A DNA stretch of 64,000 bases from Clostridiales bacterium. GTDB lineage: Bacteria; Bacillota; Clostridia; Oscillospirales; CAG-272. Positions 1-9,325 of this stretch are shown piece after piece. The DNA lies in NCBI GenBank assembly GCA_012840355.1, contig DULN01000002.1:19037-83036 (forward strand), written 5' to 3'. Below the pieces are notes generated by a model that had not been told where the DNA came from, ran no database searches, and saw only the letters and a program-made list of their open reading frames with translations. The position numbers and the translations under genes are program-made. Numbering within the stretch: position 1 is the first letter of the stretch; every line of letters begins with the position of its first letter.

Positions 1-933
1 CGCGGCTAACAGCAGGTGCCGCAGGTTTTCTGAGAATATCTTTATCGCGCTCTCGCTCGCATTTTCAGTGAGCTGCGAGCGGATCTCGCGCTCAATCGAC
101 GGCGCGATTAGCCGCTCGTATGAGTCGATTGCAGCTTCGGCGACATGCACTGCCGCGGGGCTTTCTTTGTTTGTTATGATCTTCGACAAAAGGTAGTTTA
201 AAATTATTTCTTTGTCAACTTTAATGCTGACGCTTACCGCCCCGCGGCTTTCAGCGCGGTTTAGGGCCAGCACGCGATGTTCCGGTATTTTGTATAGCTC
301 TTCAAGGTAATCGTAATACATCGCGTAGGTGCCGTCAGGGTCGTCGCCGCTCTTTTTCGAGACAATAAAGCCGAGTTCATACGTGAGCGAGCGGATGTCT
401 TTGCGGTACTCGGCATTATCTGAGATATCCTCGGCTATGATGTCGCGCGCGCCGGCGAATGCTTCCTCTACAGAGTTCACGCCTTTTTCGGGGTCGACGA
501 ACTTTTTTGCCAGCTCCTCGAGCGGCGGGTCGTAGCTTGGCTCTTGCATAATAAGCGCAAGTGCTAGATCCTCAAGCCCGCGCTCCCGAGCGACCGACGC
601 GCGGGTCTTGCGCTTAGGCCTATACGGGCGGTAGATGTCCTCGATTTCGGTGAGCGTCACTGCCCGCTCAAGTTGCGAATCAATCTCGGGGGTGAGCTTG
701 CCCTGCTCGGCGATTGCCGCGCGCACCTCTTCCCTGCGCTTATCAAGCGAGCGGAGGTAGGCAAGGCGTTCGGCGAGCTTGCGCAGCGTGGTGTCGTCGA
801 GCGAGCCGGTTGCCTCTTTGCGGTAGCGCGCGATAAAAGGGATAGTGTTGCCTTCGTCAAGAAGCGCGACAGTGCGCTCGACACTGTCGCGCGGTATATT
901 AAGCTCTTTTGTTAGCACATCTGTAATGTTCAT
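1..933 (-). CDS. tex: Tex-like transcription accessory protein, N-terminal part (gene continues past the left edge)
   Basis: The minus-strand frame is open from ATG at 933 to the window edge. It is absent from the ORF track because there is no in-window stop. Translation MNITDVLTKELNIPRDSVERTVALLDEGNTIPFIARYRKEATGSLDD... matches the conserved Tex/YhgF N-terminus (IPFIARYRKE). Confidence 0.8.
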   Translation of the reverse strand, partial: MNITDVLTKELNIPRDSVERTVALLDEGNTIPFIARYRKEATGSLDDTTLRKLAERLAYLRSLDKRREEVRAAIAEQGKLTPEIDSQLERAVTLTEIEDIYRPYRPKRKTRASVARERGLEDLALALIMQEPSYDPPLEELAKKFVDPEKGVNSVEEAFAGARDIIAEDISDNAEYRKDIRSLTYELGFIVSKKSGDDPDGTYAMYYDYLEELYKIPEHRVLALNRAESRGAVSVSIKVDKEIILNYLLSKIITNKESPAAVHVAEAAIDSYERLIAPSIEREIRSQLTENASESAIKIFSENLRHLLLAA

Positions 934-955
934 GTCTTTTGCTCCACAGCGAGAG

Positions 956-2146
956 TCATTGGGTTGAGTTTATAAATTCAATAATGCCGGCCGCCACGCC
1001 CATGGCAAATTTCTCGCGCCATGCGTCGGATAAAAGGTTTTCCGCGTCGGCTGGGTTTGTTATAAACCCCATCTCAATTAAAGCCGAGGGTATCGGAAGC
1101 TTTTTGGTCACATAATACGCCTCGTATATATCCTTTGAAATAATAGGCACGTTGGCGCCTAGTGCCTCTCCTATCGATACAGAGAGTGTTTGGGCATAAT
1201 AATCCGTGCCGGCTGCGGCTTTTTCGTATATGTAAATCCTCGTGCCGCCGACCGACGGGTCTTCGGCGTATGCGTCGCAGTGCAAAGAAATAAAAAGGTC
1301 GGTTTCCGGATGCGCGAGAACAAAATCTACGCGCTCAAATGGGTCAAGCGTGTATTGACCGGCGCCGCCAAGGCTTTCGGGGACGATGTCGTCATGTCGG
1401 GTCAAAATGACGCTTATCCCAGCTTCAATTAATATGTCCCGCAATTTTAGCCCGGCTGCAAGCGTTATGTCTTTTTCGGATGCATCGCCAATAGTATCGG
1501 GGCATACAGCGCCGGGGTCGTCATACCCATGCCCAGGGTCGATGCAGACTACAAAATTTTTGCCGCTGGCTTTTAGCGCGGGAAGGCCCGCGTTTTTATC
1601 CTTCTCCACGGCGGCGTGCGCTGAGTTTGATGGCGGCTCGGCGCTTATTTCGCCATTTTCGTTTGACGCCGCCGGGGCGCTGTATGCGGCGCTGCCAGCA
1701 AAAAGCGCAAAAGTTATTGCCAAAAGAAGCGCGGCGGCGACCGCCAGCGCGCCGATGAGCTTATATGCTGAATATGGAGAGGCAGGCTTAGGGTTTTCAC
1801 CCGCGGCGTACCTACGATGGGGAGCTGTTGCTTTAGCCTTTCCCGCTGTGGCGGCAGGCGCGGCGACGTGTGACGGAGAATATGGCTGTTTTTGCATGCC
1901 GGTTTTTGTGCTGGTATGCTTATGCGGCTTGCCGGCGTTTTGCATTCCCGCGCCGCGCAGGGAGGCTTTTGCTGCCGCGGCTTGTCCATCGAAAGCTTTG
2001 GCTTTTGGGTGCCCTAACCTGCTTGAGCCATTTGGCGCTATAGAGCTAGGAGCGTGCGTGGAGGAGCTTATATTCATTTCGCCGGGGCTAATATTCGCGT
2101 GCCCGCCTTCCGGCGGGTTTGTAGGTGGGCAATCAAGCATTTTCAT
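956..2146 (-). CDS. membrane-anchored N-acetylmuramoyl-L-alanine amidase (Amidase_3 family)
   Basis: ORF-track 396 aa. The C-terminal ~190 aa carry Amidase_3 hallmarks (CIDPGHGYDDPGA, SLHCDAY, IEMGFITN). One TM helix (LIGALAVAAALLLAITFALFAG) follows a ~130-aa Ala/Lys/Pro/His-rich tail. There is no SD at 2146, so the true start may be an internal Met. Confidence 0.8.
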   Translation of the reverse strand: MKMLDCPPTNPPEGGHANISPGEMNISSSTHAPSSIAPNGSSRLGHPKAKAFDGQAAAAKASLRGAGMQNAGKPHKHTSTKTGMQKQPYSPSHVAAPAATAGKAKATAPHRRYAAGENPKPASPYSAYKLIGALAVAAALLLAITFALFAGSAAYSAPAASNENGEISAEPPSNSAHAAVEKDKNAGLPALKASGKNFVVCIDPGHGYDDPGAVCPDTIGDASEKDITLAAGLKLRDILIEAGISVILTRHDDIVPESLGGAGQYTLDPFERVDFVLAHPETDLFISLHCDAYAEDPSVGGTRIYIYEKAAAGTDYYAQTLSVSIGEALGANVPIISKDIYEAYYVTKKLPIPSALIEMGFITNPADAENLLSDAWREKFAMGVAAGIIEFINSTQ

Positions 2147-2164
2147 ATTTGTTTTTAGTTAAGC

Positions 2165-2220
2165 TATAAAAATAAATGTAAAAACAGCGGGCAGCCTCAG
2201 AAATCTGAAGGCGTTCCCGC
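2165..2220 (-). terminator. rho-independent terminator of the 2257-2592 gene
   Basis: GC-rich hairpin: outer stem 2187-2191/2216-2220 GCGGG/CCCGC, plus an inner stem around an AAAT loop. On the minus strand it is followed by UGUUUUUACAUUUAUUUUU. Confidence 0.7.
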
Positions 2221-2256
2221 CGTAGGCTAGTACCAGGCGCAAGCGGATAAAAAGCT

Positions 2257-2592
2257 TTAGAAGTTTATCCTCGTGTTATCACCGTCGAGGCGCTTGATTT
2301 CCATCGGTATCTTGTTGTCTTCCGCAAAGTAGCGAAGCTTGCTCATGTATTTGCGGAAGTCGGGCTCTTGGTCCTCGCGGAGGATGATTGGCCCGGAAAG
2401 TTCGGTGGCTTCCGTGTCGACGTCGATTGTGATAACCTCGATAAGCTCCTTTTTCAGCCCGAAGAATTTTTTAACTTCCTGGTAATCGTATGTAATCATT
2501 TTGATGTGGCCGCTTTCAAGGCGGTACATCTTTTTGGTCTTCGGCTCGTTGTAGATAATATCGTTTTGATGTATAAGCAACGTTTCGTCCAT
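2257..2592 (-). CDS. hypothetical small protein (111 aa), family not recognised
   Basis: ORF-track ORF with SD AAGGGAG ~8 nt upstream of ATG 2592 and its own terminator. GC content is visibly lower than the neighbours. Confidence 0.55.
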   Translation of the reverse strand: MDETLLIHQNDIIYNEPKTKKMYRLESGHIKMITYDYQEVKKFFGLKKELIEVITIDVDTEATELSGPIILREDQEPDFRKYMSKLRYFAEDNKIPMEIKRLDGDNTRINF

Positions 2593-2774
2593 CGCGGGCG
2601 CTCCCTTCGTTCAATAGAAATAAAACTATCATAATTAATGATAACATACCTTGTAATAATTGTCAAGCAAATATCTGTTGTTATTATATGTTTCAGCGCT
2701 GTTTTATATGGCTTGATTGCTAGGCTTACTGATGTTATAATGTATTAGCAAAATAAAGCTTTGGGGAAAGAGAA

Positions 2775-4019
2775 ATGTCGGAGCTTGAAAACTATATTGC
2801 CGGATTATGTTGTGACGCAAAGGAGGCGTCTCGAAAGATAGTGGGGCTATCCACTGCCAAAAAGAATGCGGCGCTTTACCGCATTGCCGACACGCTTGAG
2901 CGTTCGGCGGGCGAGATTGAAAAAGCGAATGAAATTGACCTTGTAAACCCCGCTGTGCCACCGAAGATGCTCGACAGGCTCAAGCTTGGCGAGGACCGGG
3001 TGCGTGCTGTCGCCGCGGCGGTGCGCGAAGTCGCAGCTCTTCCTGACCCTGTCGGCGGTGGCGAACGCTGGGTGCGCCCGAATGGGCTTATAATAACGCG
3101 GGAGCGGGTGCCGCTCGGAGTGGTCGCGATTATATACGAAGCGCGCCCGAATGTGACGGTCGACGCGGCGTCGCTATGCATAAAGACCGGCAACGCCGTG
3201 GTGCTTCGCGGCGGCAAAGAAGCGATAAACACCAACCGTGTGCTTGTACGGCTGATGCGCGAGGCGCTTGAGGCGGAAGGGATACCCGCCGACGCCGTGT
3301 CGCTTGTCGACGACGTCACGCGCGAAGGGACGGCGATACTTATGCGGCAGCGGGGGCTTGTCGACGTGCTTATACCGCGCGGCGGAGCCTCGCTTATAAA
3401 AAGCGTTGTAGAGAACGCGAAAGTGCCGGTTATTGAAACCGGCGCGGGCAACTGCCACGTCTATATAGACAAATCCGCTGACATTGAGATGGCGGTGAAA
3501 ATCGCGGCAAACGCAAAAGTTTCAAGGCCGTCGGTCTGCAACGCCGCTGAAACCTTGCTGGTGCATAAAGACGTAGCGCGCGAGTTTTTGCCGAAGTTTG
3601 CAGAGGCGGTCTCGCCGTGGAATGTCGAGCTGCGCGGCTGCGGGCGCACGCGCGAAATTCTCCCAGGCATCAAAGAGGCGACAGAAGAGGACTATTACAC
3701 GGAATACAACGACTATATCCTCGCGGTAAAAGTCGTCGACAGCATAGACGAGGCGATAGCGCATATAAACAAGTACGGTACGATGCACAGCGAGGCAATT
3801 GTGACGCGCGAGCTTGAGGCGGCGGAAAAGTTCAGGCGCGAGGTCGACGCGGCGGCAGTGTATGTAAACGCATCGACGCGCTTTACCGACGGCGGTGAGT
3901 TCGGCTTCGGTGCGGAGATAGGAATATCGACTCAGAAACTGCATGCGCGCGGCCCGATGGGGCTTGCCGAGCTGACGACCGTCAAATATTACGTCTTAGG
4001 CAGCGGGCAGGTGCGCTAA
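2775..4019 (+). CDS. proA: glutamate-5-semialdehyde dehydrogenase (gamma-glutamyl phosphate reductase)
   Basis: 414 aa with a ProA-type aldehyde dehydrogenase sequence, including the catalytic-Cys block VCNAAETLLVH. Upstream are a TTGCTA...TATAAT promoter-like pair and SD GGGGAAAGAG. No proB is adjacent. Confidence 0.95.
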   Translation: MSELENYIAGLCCDAKEASRKIVGLSTAKKNAALYRIADTLERSAGEIEKANEIDLVNPAVPPKMLDRLKLGEDRVRAVAAAVREVAALPDPVGGGERWVRPNGLIITRERVPLGVVAIIYEARPNVTVDAASLCIKTGNAVVLRGGKEAINTNRVLVRLMREALEAEGIPADAVSLVDDVTREGTAILMRQRGLVDVLIPRGGASLIKSVVENAKVPVIETGAGNCHVYIDKSADIEMAVKIAANAKVSRPSVCNAAETLLVHKDVAREFLPKFAEAVSPWNVELRGCGRTREILPGIKEATEEDYYTEYNDYILAVKVVDSIDEAIAHINKYGTMHSEAIVTRELEAAEKFRREVDAAAVYVNASTRFTDGGEFGFGAEIGISTQKLHARGPMGLAELTTVKYYVLGSGQVR

Positions 4020-4043
4020 AGCAACTATGCCGGAAATGCGGCA

Positions 4044-4092
4044 AAAATAAAAAGGGGATACATCCTTGCGATGTAATCCCTATTTTTATTTT
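4044..4092. terminator. bidirectional terminator between proA and the Na/Pi transporter gene
   Basis: Hairpin GGGATACATC (4055-4064) / GATGTAATCCC (4070-4080) flanked by an A-run upstream and TATTTTTATTTT downstream. It lies between convergent genes. Confidence 0.75.
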
Positions 4093-4109
4093 GCGGCTAT
4101 TGCCCCGTT

Positions 4110-5879
4110 TTACAAGCCATTCCCATTTTTCGGGGGCATTAGAGCGTATTTGCGGGCGTACTCGTTGTAGCGCTCGATAAATGCCAGGCTGCTGCTTTTT
4201 ATGTCGCTGAGATAGCTGTGAAGCCCAAGGCTGTCTTTCTGGGTTTCAATAACGCAGCCCGCGATATTCGAGCAGTGGTCGGCGACCCGCTCGAGGCTGG
4301 TAAGTATGTCCGAGAGCACGAATCCCGCCGCGATAGAGCACTCGCCATGCTGCAACCGCACGATATGACGGGAGCGCAGCTGCTCGCGAAGCATGTCCAC
4401 AACTTGCTCAAGCGGCTCGACGAGCGAGGCGGTATCGATGTCGTTATTAATAAATGCATTAATCGCGAGGTCGACAATCTCGGTGACGGCGGCGCATATG
4501 ACCGAAAGCTCCTGTTTTGCGGCGTTCGAGAAAGCAATACCTTTTTCGCGGATTTCCTCTGCCGACTCGGTGAGGTCGACCGCGTGGTCGGATATTCTCT
4601 CGAGGTCGCCTATAAGGTGCAAAAGCTTTGCCGACTCGGTGTGGTCTTTGTCTGTAAGCGAGTGGGCGCTAAGCCGGACGAGGTATGTGCCGATTTTGTC
4701 TTCAAGGTCGTCGACCGACTGTTCATCCTTGCGCACATTAGCCGCGGTCTCGTGGTCATATGCTGTAAGCAGCGAAATTGCGGACTTTATGGAGCGCGCG
4801 GCTATGCTTGCCATCGACTCGGTGACGCTGCGGCAGCGGTCAATAGCTATGGAGGGAGTAGCCATTAGACGCTCGTCAAGCTCCTTTATTTGTTCGGGCG
4901 CAGAAGTTTCGGGCACAATTAAATGCGCTATTCGCGTGAGCAAGTTAGAGCCGGGCAGTATCAAGACACTAGTAAGAATATTAAACATTGTATGGACAAA
5001 AGCGATGCCAGCGGGGGTTGAGGCACGGTCGTAAAACGCAAAATCGAACATCGCGTTGGCGGCTGTGATGACTGAAAGCCAAATAACCGTGCCGAGAACG
5101 TTGAACGTAAGGTGCACGATCGCGGCGCGCTTGCCGTTTTTGTTTGCGCCAATCGACGCGAGCATCGCGGTCACGCATGTGCCGATGTTTTGCCCCATTA
5201 TAATAGGAATCGCCACAGAGTAGGGGACTTGTCCGGTAGTCGAAAGCGCCTGCAGGATACCGACTGAGGCTGAGCTCGACTGGATGATCGCCGTGAATAT
5301 CGCGCCTGCAAGAACGCCTAAAATCGGGTTTGAAAAAGCGATAAGGATATTGCGGAACTGTGGCACATCCCGCAGACCGGAAACTGCGCCGGACATGATC
5401 TCCATGCCGTACATCAGCGTCGCAAAGCTTAAAAGGATTATGCCAATGTCCTTTTTTTTGCCTGTTTTGAAAGCCATGTACATAATAAGGCCGATAAGCG
5501 CTAAAATGGGCGTAAACGAAGAGGGCTTTAAAAGGCTAATAAAGAAGCTGTCGCCCTTTATCCCGCTAAGGCTTAAAACCCACGCGGTGACGGTTGTGCC
5601 GAGGTTAGCGCCTATTATGACGTTAGTCGCTTGCGAGAGCGTCATAAGTCCCGAGTTGACAAAGCCGACGACCATAACGGTGGTAGCCGACGACGACTGG
5701 ATTACTGATGTGACGCCAAGCCCCGTGAGAAACCCGGATATGCGGTTTCCTGTCAGCTTCGAAAGCAGCCTTTTTAGGCTTTTCCCGGCGCTTTTCTCAA
5801 GCGCCGAGCCCATGACCGACATGCCGAACAAAAAAAGGCAAAGCCCGCCAAGAAGAGTCAAAAAGTCGAAAAAGTCCAT
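4110..5879 (-). CDS. Na+/phosphate cotransporter family protein with C-terminal PhoU-like repeats (YjbB/NptA type)
   Basis: The N-terminal half has the Na/Pi-cotransporter repeats (GANLGTTVTAW, GQNIGTCVTA). The C-terminal half has two PhoU-like helical repeats (..ERISDHA.., ..ERVADHC..). I moved the start to ATG 5879 (MDFFDFLTLLGG), which has GGAGGA upstream. The ORF-track start 5960 remains possible. Confidence 0.88.
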   Translation of the reverse strand: MDFFDFLTLLGGLCLFLFGMSVMGSALEKSAGKSLKRLLSKLTGNRISGFLTGLGVTSVIQSSSATTVMVVGFVNSGLMTLSQATNVIIGANLGTTVTAWVLSLSGIKGDSFFISLLKPSSFTPILALIGLIMYMAFKTGKKKDIGIILLSFATLMYGMEIMSGAVSGLRDVPQFRNILIAFSNPILGVLAGAIFTAIIQSSSASVGILQALSTTGQVPYSVAIPIIMGQNIGTCVTAMLASIGANKNGKRAAIVHLTFNVLGTVIWLSVITAANAMFDFAFYDRASTPAGIAFVHTMFNILTSVLILPGSNLLTRIAHLIVPETSAPEQIKELDERLMATPSIAIDRCRSVTESMASIAARSIKSAISLLTAYDHETAANVRKDEQSVDDLEDKIGTYLVRLSAHSLTDKDHTESAKLLHLIGDLERISDHAVDLTESAEEIREKGIAFSNAAKQELSVICAAVTEIVDLAINAFINNDIDTASLVEPLEQVVDMLREQLRSRHIVRLQHGECSIAAGFVLSDILTSLERVADHCSNIAGCVIETQKDSLGLHSYLSDIKSSSLAFIERYNEYARKYALMPPKNGNGL

Positions 5880-6012
5880 AAAAAATAGGTCCTCCAAGTT
5901 TTTCTGGCAAATTTCGAACCATAAGGCATTATACAACGCCGCCGTTAAATCCAAAATCATGGCGGCGTTAAATTAATTTAAAATTTCTCGAAATTTGTTA
6001 AATCTATGAAAA

Positions 6013-6672
6013 TCATATCAGGGGCTGGTCGTTTATAATGAGCTTGAATTTCAGCCCGATCGCTTCTGAAGCATTGCGGCAGAGCAGCATCCTGTCGAGG
6101 AATATTTCAAAATAGTCCATGACGTTTCCGTAGCGCGTGTCTATAGTCAGCTTTAGGGTTATAGCGGTGCGCTCCTCGTTAATTTTTAGCTCGGAGCTTG
6201 TGACCGAGTAGTTGACGCGGTCGTGGATGTCGAAAGAAGCGATGTCATAATTGCGAACGCGTGTGCGTCGCACGTCGGATTTGTCAGCCAAAATCAGCGC
6301 TGCCGCAATAGGGCTTACAGGCTTGCCGGTGCCCTCATCGTGGTTGCCAATCGCCGAGACAATTTGGGCGATTTCATCAGGTGCCATGCCGAGATTATCG
6401 AGTATCCGAAACGCCATGACCGCACCGCTTTGTGAGTGGTCGACGCGGTTTATAAGATTGCCGATATCATGCAGGTGCGCCGCGATTTTGGCTAGCTCTA
6501 TCGTGCGCTCGGGGAAGCATAGCGTCTTTAGAATATAGCCTGCGTTTTCTGCGACAATGCCGACATGCGCTAGGCTATGCTCGGTAAAGCCGAGCGCTTC
6601 CAGCGCCTCATCGGCGCGCTTTATATATGTGGTGATGTCGGGGTTATTTTTGATGTCCTCATATGTTATCAT
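6013..6672 (-). CDS. HD-domain phosphohydrolase
   Basis: 219 aa with an HD motif (AAHLHDIGN, GNHDEG). It sits 5 nt downstream of the histidine kinase stop, in the same operon. Confidence 0.8.
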   Translation of the reverse strand: MITYEDIKNNPDITTYIKRADEALEALGFTEHSLAHVGIVAENAGYILKTLCFPERTIELAKIAAHLHDIGNLINRVDHSQSGAVMAFRILDNLGMAPDEIAQIVSAIGNHDEGTGKPVSPIAAALILADKSDVRRTRVRNYDIASFDIHDRVNYSVTSSELKINEERTAITLKLTIDTRYGNVMDYFEIFLDRMLLCRNASEAIGLKFKLIINDQPLI

Positions 6673-6677
6673 AGCTT

Positions 6678-8375
6678 CTACTTTTCAGTCCTGTTTTCAT
6701 TGACACCGTCTTCAATAACGCTTTCGGGCGGGAATATGACCGTAAATTTCGAGCCGAATCCCGGCTCGCTTTCAAGCTCGACGCGCGCGCCATGGAACTG
6801 CGCGCCATGCTTGACAATCGAAAGCCCAAGCCCTGTGCCGCCTATGCTGGGGGATTGGCTTTTCTCTACGCGGTAGAACCGCTCAAACACTCGGTTTTGT
6901 AGCTCGTATGGGATGCCAACTCCGGTGTCTGATACCGATAGCTCCACTTCGCCATAAGAGCGTTTTATATTTATGGTAACCTCGCCACCGGGTTTGTTGT
7001 ATTTTATAGCGTTATCGCATAGGCTGTAAATTATGTCGTTTAGTATGCTCCACACGCCTAAAATTTTTACATGCTCGCCTTGTAGGTTAAGGCTGACCGA
7101 GCGTTTTTGGGCTACCGGCTGCATATATTCTATAATTTCGTCACAAAGCTCGTAAAGGTCGACCGGCTCGCGTTCGGTGGAAGGCACTCCTTCATCGAGG
7201 CGTGAGAGCTTTATAATATCGTCGATAAGCGCAATAAGCCGTCGCGACTCGGAATAAATGTCCGAGGCGAACTCTCGTACTTTTTCGGGTGGCACAAAGC
7301 CTTCCTTAAGCAGCTCGGCAAATCCGGAGATAGAGGTGAGCGGCGTTTTAAGCTGGTGTGAAACATTGGCGGTGAACTCGCGGCGCAGCGCCTCGCGCTG
7401 CTCGCGTTCAGTTACGTCCATCGTAAGCAGCACCGCGCCGGCTACCTGCAGGTTCGACACGACAGGGCTTGCGATTACCTGAACGACTCGCCCGCCAATA
7501 TCAACAAGCACTTCATTACGCTCTCCGGCAAGCGCGCAGTCGACGGCATCGCAAATCTGGGGCTTGCACCAGACGCGTGAGATTGTCTTTTCATCCGCGC
7601 GCGGATGCTCGCTTATCGCCACAAGCCCGCTGCGGTTGCATGAGAGGATCGTGCGGCGGTTGTCGACAAGGATAAAGCCCTCGCGCATGTTTTCTGTAAT
7701 CGCAGCGAACTCGCGCTGCCGGCGGGACAGCTCGTCCATCTGGGCTCGAATCGTGCGCTGTTGGGAAAGCAGCGACTCAAGCAGAGGCAGCAGCTCGGGA
7801 TAGACTTCCAGAGCGTCGGTTTTTTCTGGGTTAAGCTCGTATATAGGTTTTGTAATATCGTTAGCTAACCTTGACGCAAGCACTCCCGAGAGTGCAAGCG
7901 CTAAAAGAATCCCCAAAAATAAGGGTATTAGCGCTGTCGCTGACATTGAAAGGACCGAGTCTTGCGTCGTCGCGACACGCAGAACTCGGCCATCCGGTAG
8001 CCTTTTCGAATAATAAAGCGTGTTTTTTAACAGGGTGCTCGACATTCTGACGCATTCACCCGTGCCGCCACCTAGCGCTTCGCGTATTTCCTCTCGCGAG
8101 GCGTGGTTTTCCATTTTCGAGGGGTCTGCGGTGTTGTCGAAAAGCACTGTGCCGTCAGCCGCGACCAGCGTGACGCGCGAAGCGTGAGTGACAGTATTAA
8201 TATAATCGTCGCCATAAGAGGAGAGGGCTGACGCTATCTGCTCAGCTTCGGCAGAGAGCCGCTCGAAAGCGAGCTTATGCGTGCTATAGTACATTATCCC
8301 GACAAAGAACAGCGTGCACGCTATGACAGCCGCAAGGCTTGCTAGAAATGCGTTCCGGAATATACGAAGGGTCAA
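6678..8375 (-). CDS. sensor histidine kinase (PhoR-like by context)
   Basis: 565 aa with two N-terminal TM segments, a PAS-like region, a HisKA H-box (VSHQLKTPLTSISGF) and HATPase_c (GGTGLGLSIVKH). It is 3 nt downstream of the response regulator. Confidence 0.88.
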   Translation of the reverse strand: MTLRIFRNAFLASLAAVIACTLFFVGIMYYSTHKLAFERLSAEAEQIASALSSYGDDYINTVTHASRVTLVAADGTVLFDNTADPSKMENHASREEIREALGGGTGECVRMSSTLLKNTLYYSKRLPDGRVLRVATTQDSVLSMSATALIPLFLGILLALALSGVLASRLANDITKPIYELNPEKTDALEVYPELLPLLESLLSQQRTIRAQMDELSRRQREFAAITENMREGFILVDNRRTILSCNRSGLVAISEHPRADEKTISRVWCKPQICDAVDCALAGERNEVLVDIGGRVVQVIASPVVSNLQVAGAVLLTMDVTEREQREALRREFTANVSHQLKTPLTSISGFAELLKEGFVPPEKVREFASDIYSESRRLIALIDDIIKLSRLDEGVPSTEREPVDLYELCDEIIEYMQPVAQKRSVSLNLQGEHVKILGVWSILNDIIYSLCDNAIKYNKPGGEVTINIKRSYGEVELSVSDTGVGIPYELQNRVFERFYRVEKSQSPSIGGTGLGLSIVKHGAQFHGARVELESEPGFGSKFTVIFPPESVIEDGVNENRTEK

Positions 8376-8378
8376 GGC

Positions 8379-9050
8379 TTATCCCCCAATCTTATAGCCA
8401 AGCCCGCGGACAGTTTCGATAAGCGAACCGGCTTCGCCGAGCTTTGAGCGAAGCGAGCGGATGTGAACGTCGACAGTGCGGTTTTCGCGGGCAAACTCGC
8501 TTCCCCAAACTTTGTCCATTATAACGTCGCGCGTGAGCACAATGCCGCGATTTTCAAGGAGCAGGCAAAGCATCTCAAACTCTTTATAGGTTAGCGAAAC
8601 CTCCTTGCCGTCTACCTTGACAATATGCTTTTCAGGGCATACATAAAGGGGGCCAGCGACATATTCTGTGCAGGAGCACTGCGACGGCTCGGCGCGGCGC
8701 AACACGGCGCGTACGCGAGCCACAAGCTCCATCATGCCAAAAGGCTTCGAGATAAAATCGTCTGCGCCAAAATCGAGCCCTATTACGCGGTCATACTCGG
8801 TGTTTTTCGCGGTAAGCATTATAACAGGCAGCTTTTTTGTTGCCGAAGCCGAGCGAAGACTTCGGAGGATGGAAAGCCCGTCCTCCTCGGGCAACATTAT
8901 GTCAAGAAGCACAAGCGAAGGCATTTCTTTCTGCATTGCCTCCCAAAACTCGGAAGGCCTCTCGAATCCCTTGGCCTTAAACCCTTGGCTTTCGAGAGTG
9001 TAGACGACAAGCTTTCTAATACTATCGTCGTCTTCTACAAGGTAAATCAT
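8379..9050 (-). CDS. OmpR/PhoB-family response regulator
   Basis: 223 aa with a receiver domain (LVLLDIMLPEEDG) and a winged-helix output (RTVDVHIRSLRSKL...ETVRGLGYK). SD GGAGGAGAG lies upstream. Confidence 0.92.
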   Translation of the reverse strand: MIYLVEDDDSIRKLVVYTLESQGFKAKGFERPSEFWEAMQKEMPSLVLLDIMLPEEDGLSILRSLRSASATKKLPVIMLTAKNTEYDRVIGLDFGADDFISKPFGMMELVARVRAVLRRAEPSQCSCTEYVAGPLYVCPEKHIVKVDGKEVSLTYKEFEMLCLLLENRGIVLTRDVIMDKVWGSEFARENRTVDVHIRSLRSKLGEAGSLIETVRGLGYKIGG

Positions 9051-9249
9051 CGCTCTCCTCCAAGCTGATCGCCTTGTGCTAAAACAGGCGCATAAAAATT
9101 TTACCCGATTGATGTAAAAGGTGAAACCCAGCTATTGTTAAGACTATGTAAAACTTGAAAATTTATTTACCAAGTGCTCAATATCATTTTACCAAAAGAG
9201 GAGAGGCAAATCAATTATAATCGCAGTGGCTGGGGCAAAGGGGGTCTGC

Positions 9250-9278
9250 TTGACAAGAGTAGCCGGGTGTGATATCAT
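9250..9278 (+). promoter_or_regulatory. putative sigma-A promoter of the sulfatase gene
   Basis: TTGACA (9250-9255), a 17-nt spacer, then TATCAT (9273-9278). Confidence 0.45.
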
Positions 9279-9325
9279 TATAAGACATAATGAGAAAAGT
9301 CTTGCCGAAACTGCGGGGCGCCCAA

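Noticed and set aside
1386-2162. 258-aa plus-strand ORF opposite the amidase gene
   Set aside because: The amidase frame carries clear family motifs. The opposite frame is low-complexity Ala/Ser/Pro with no start signals.
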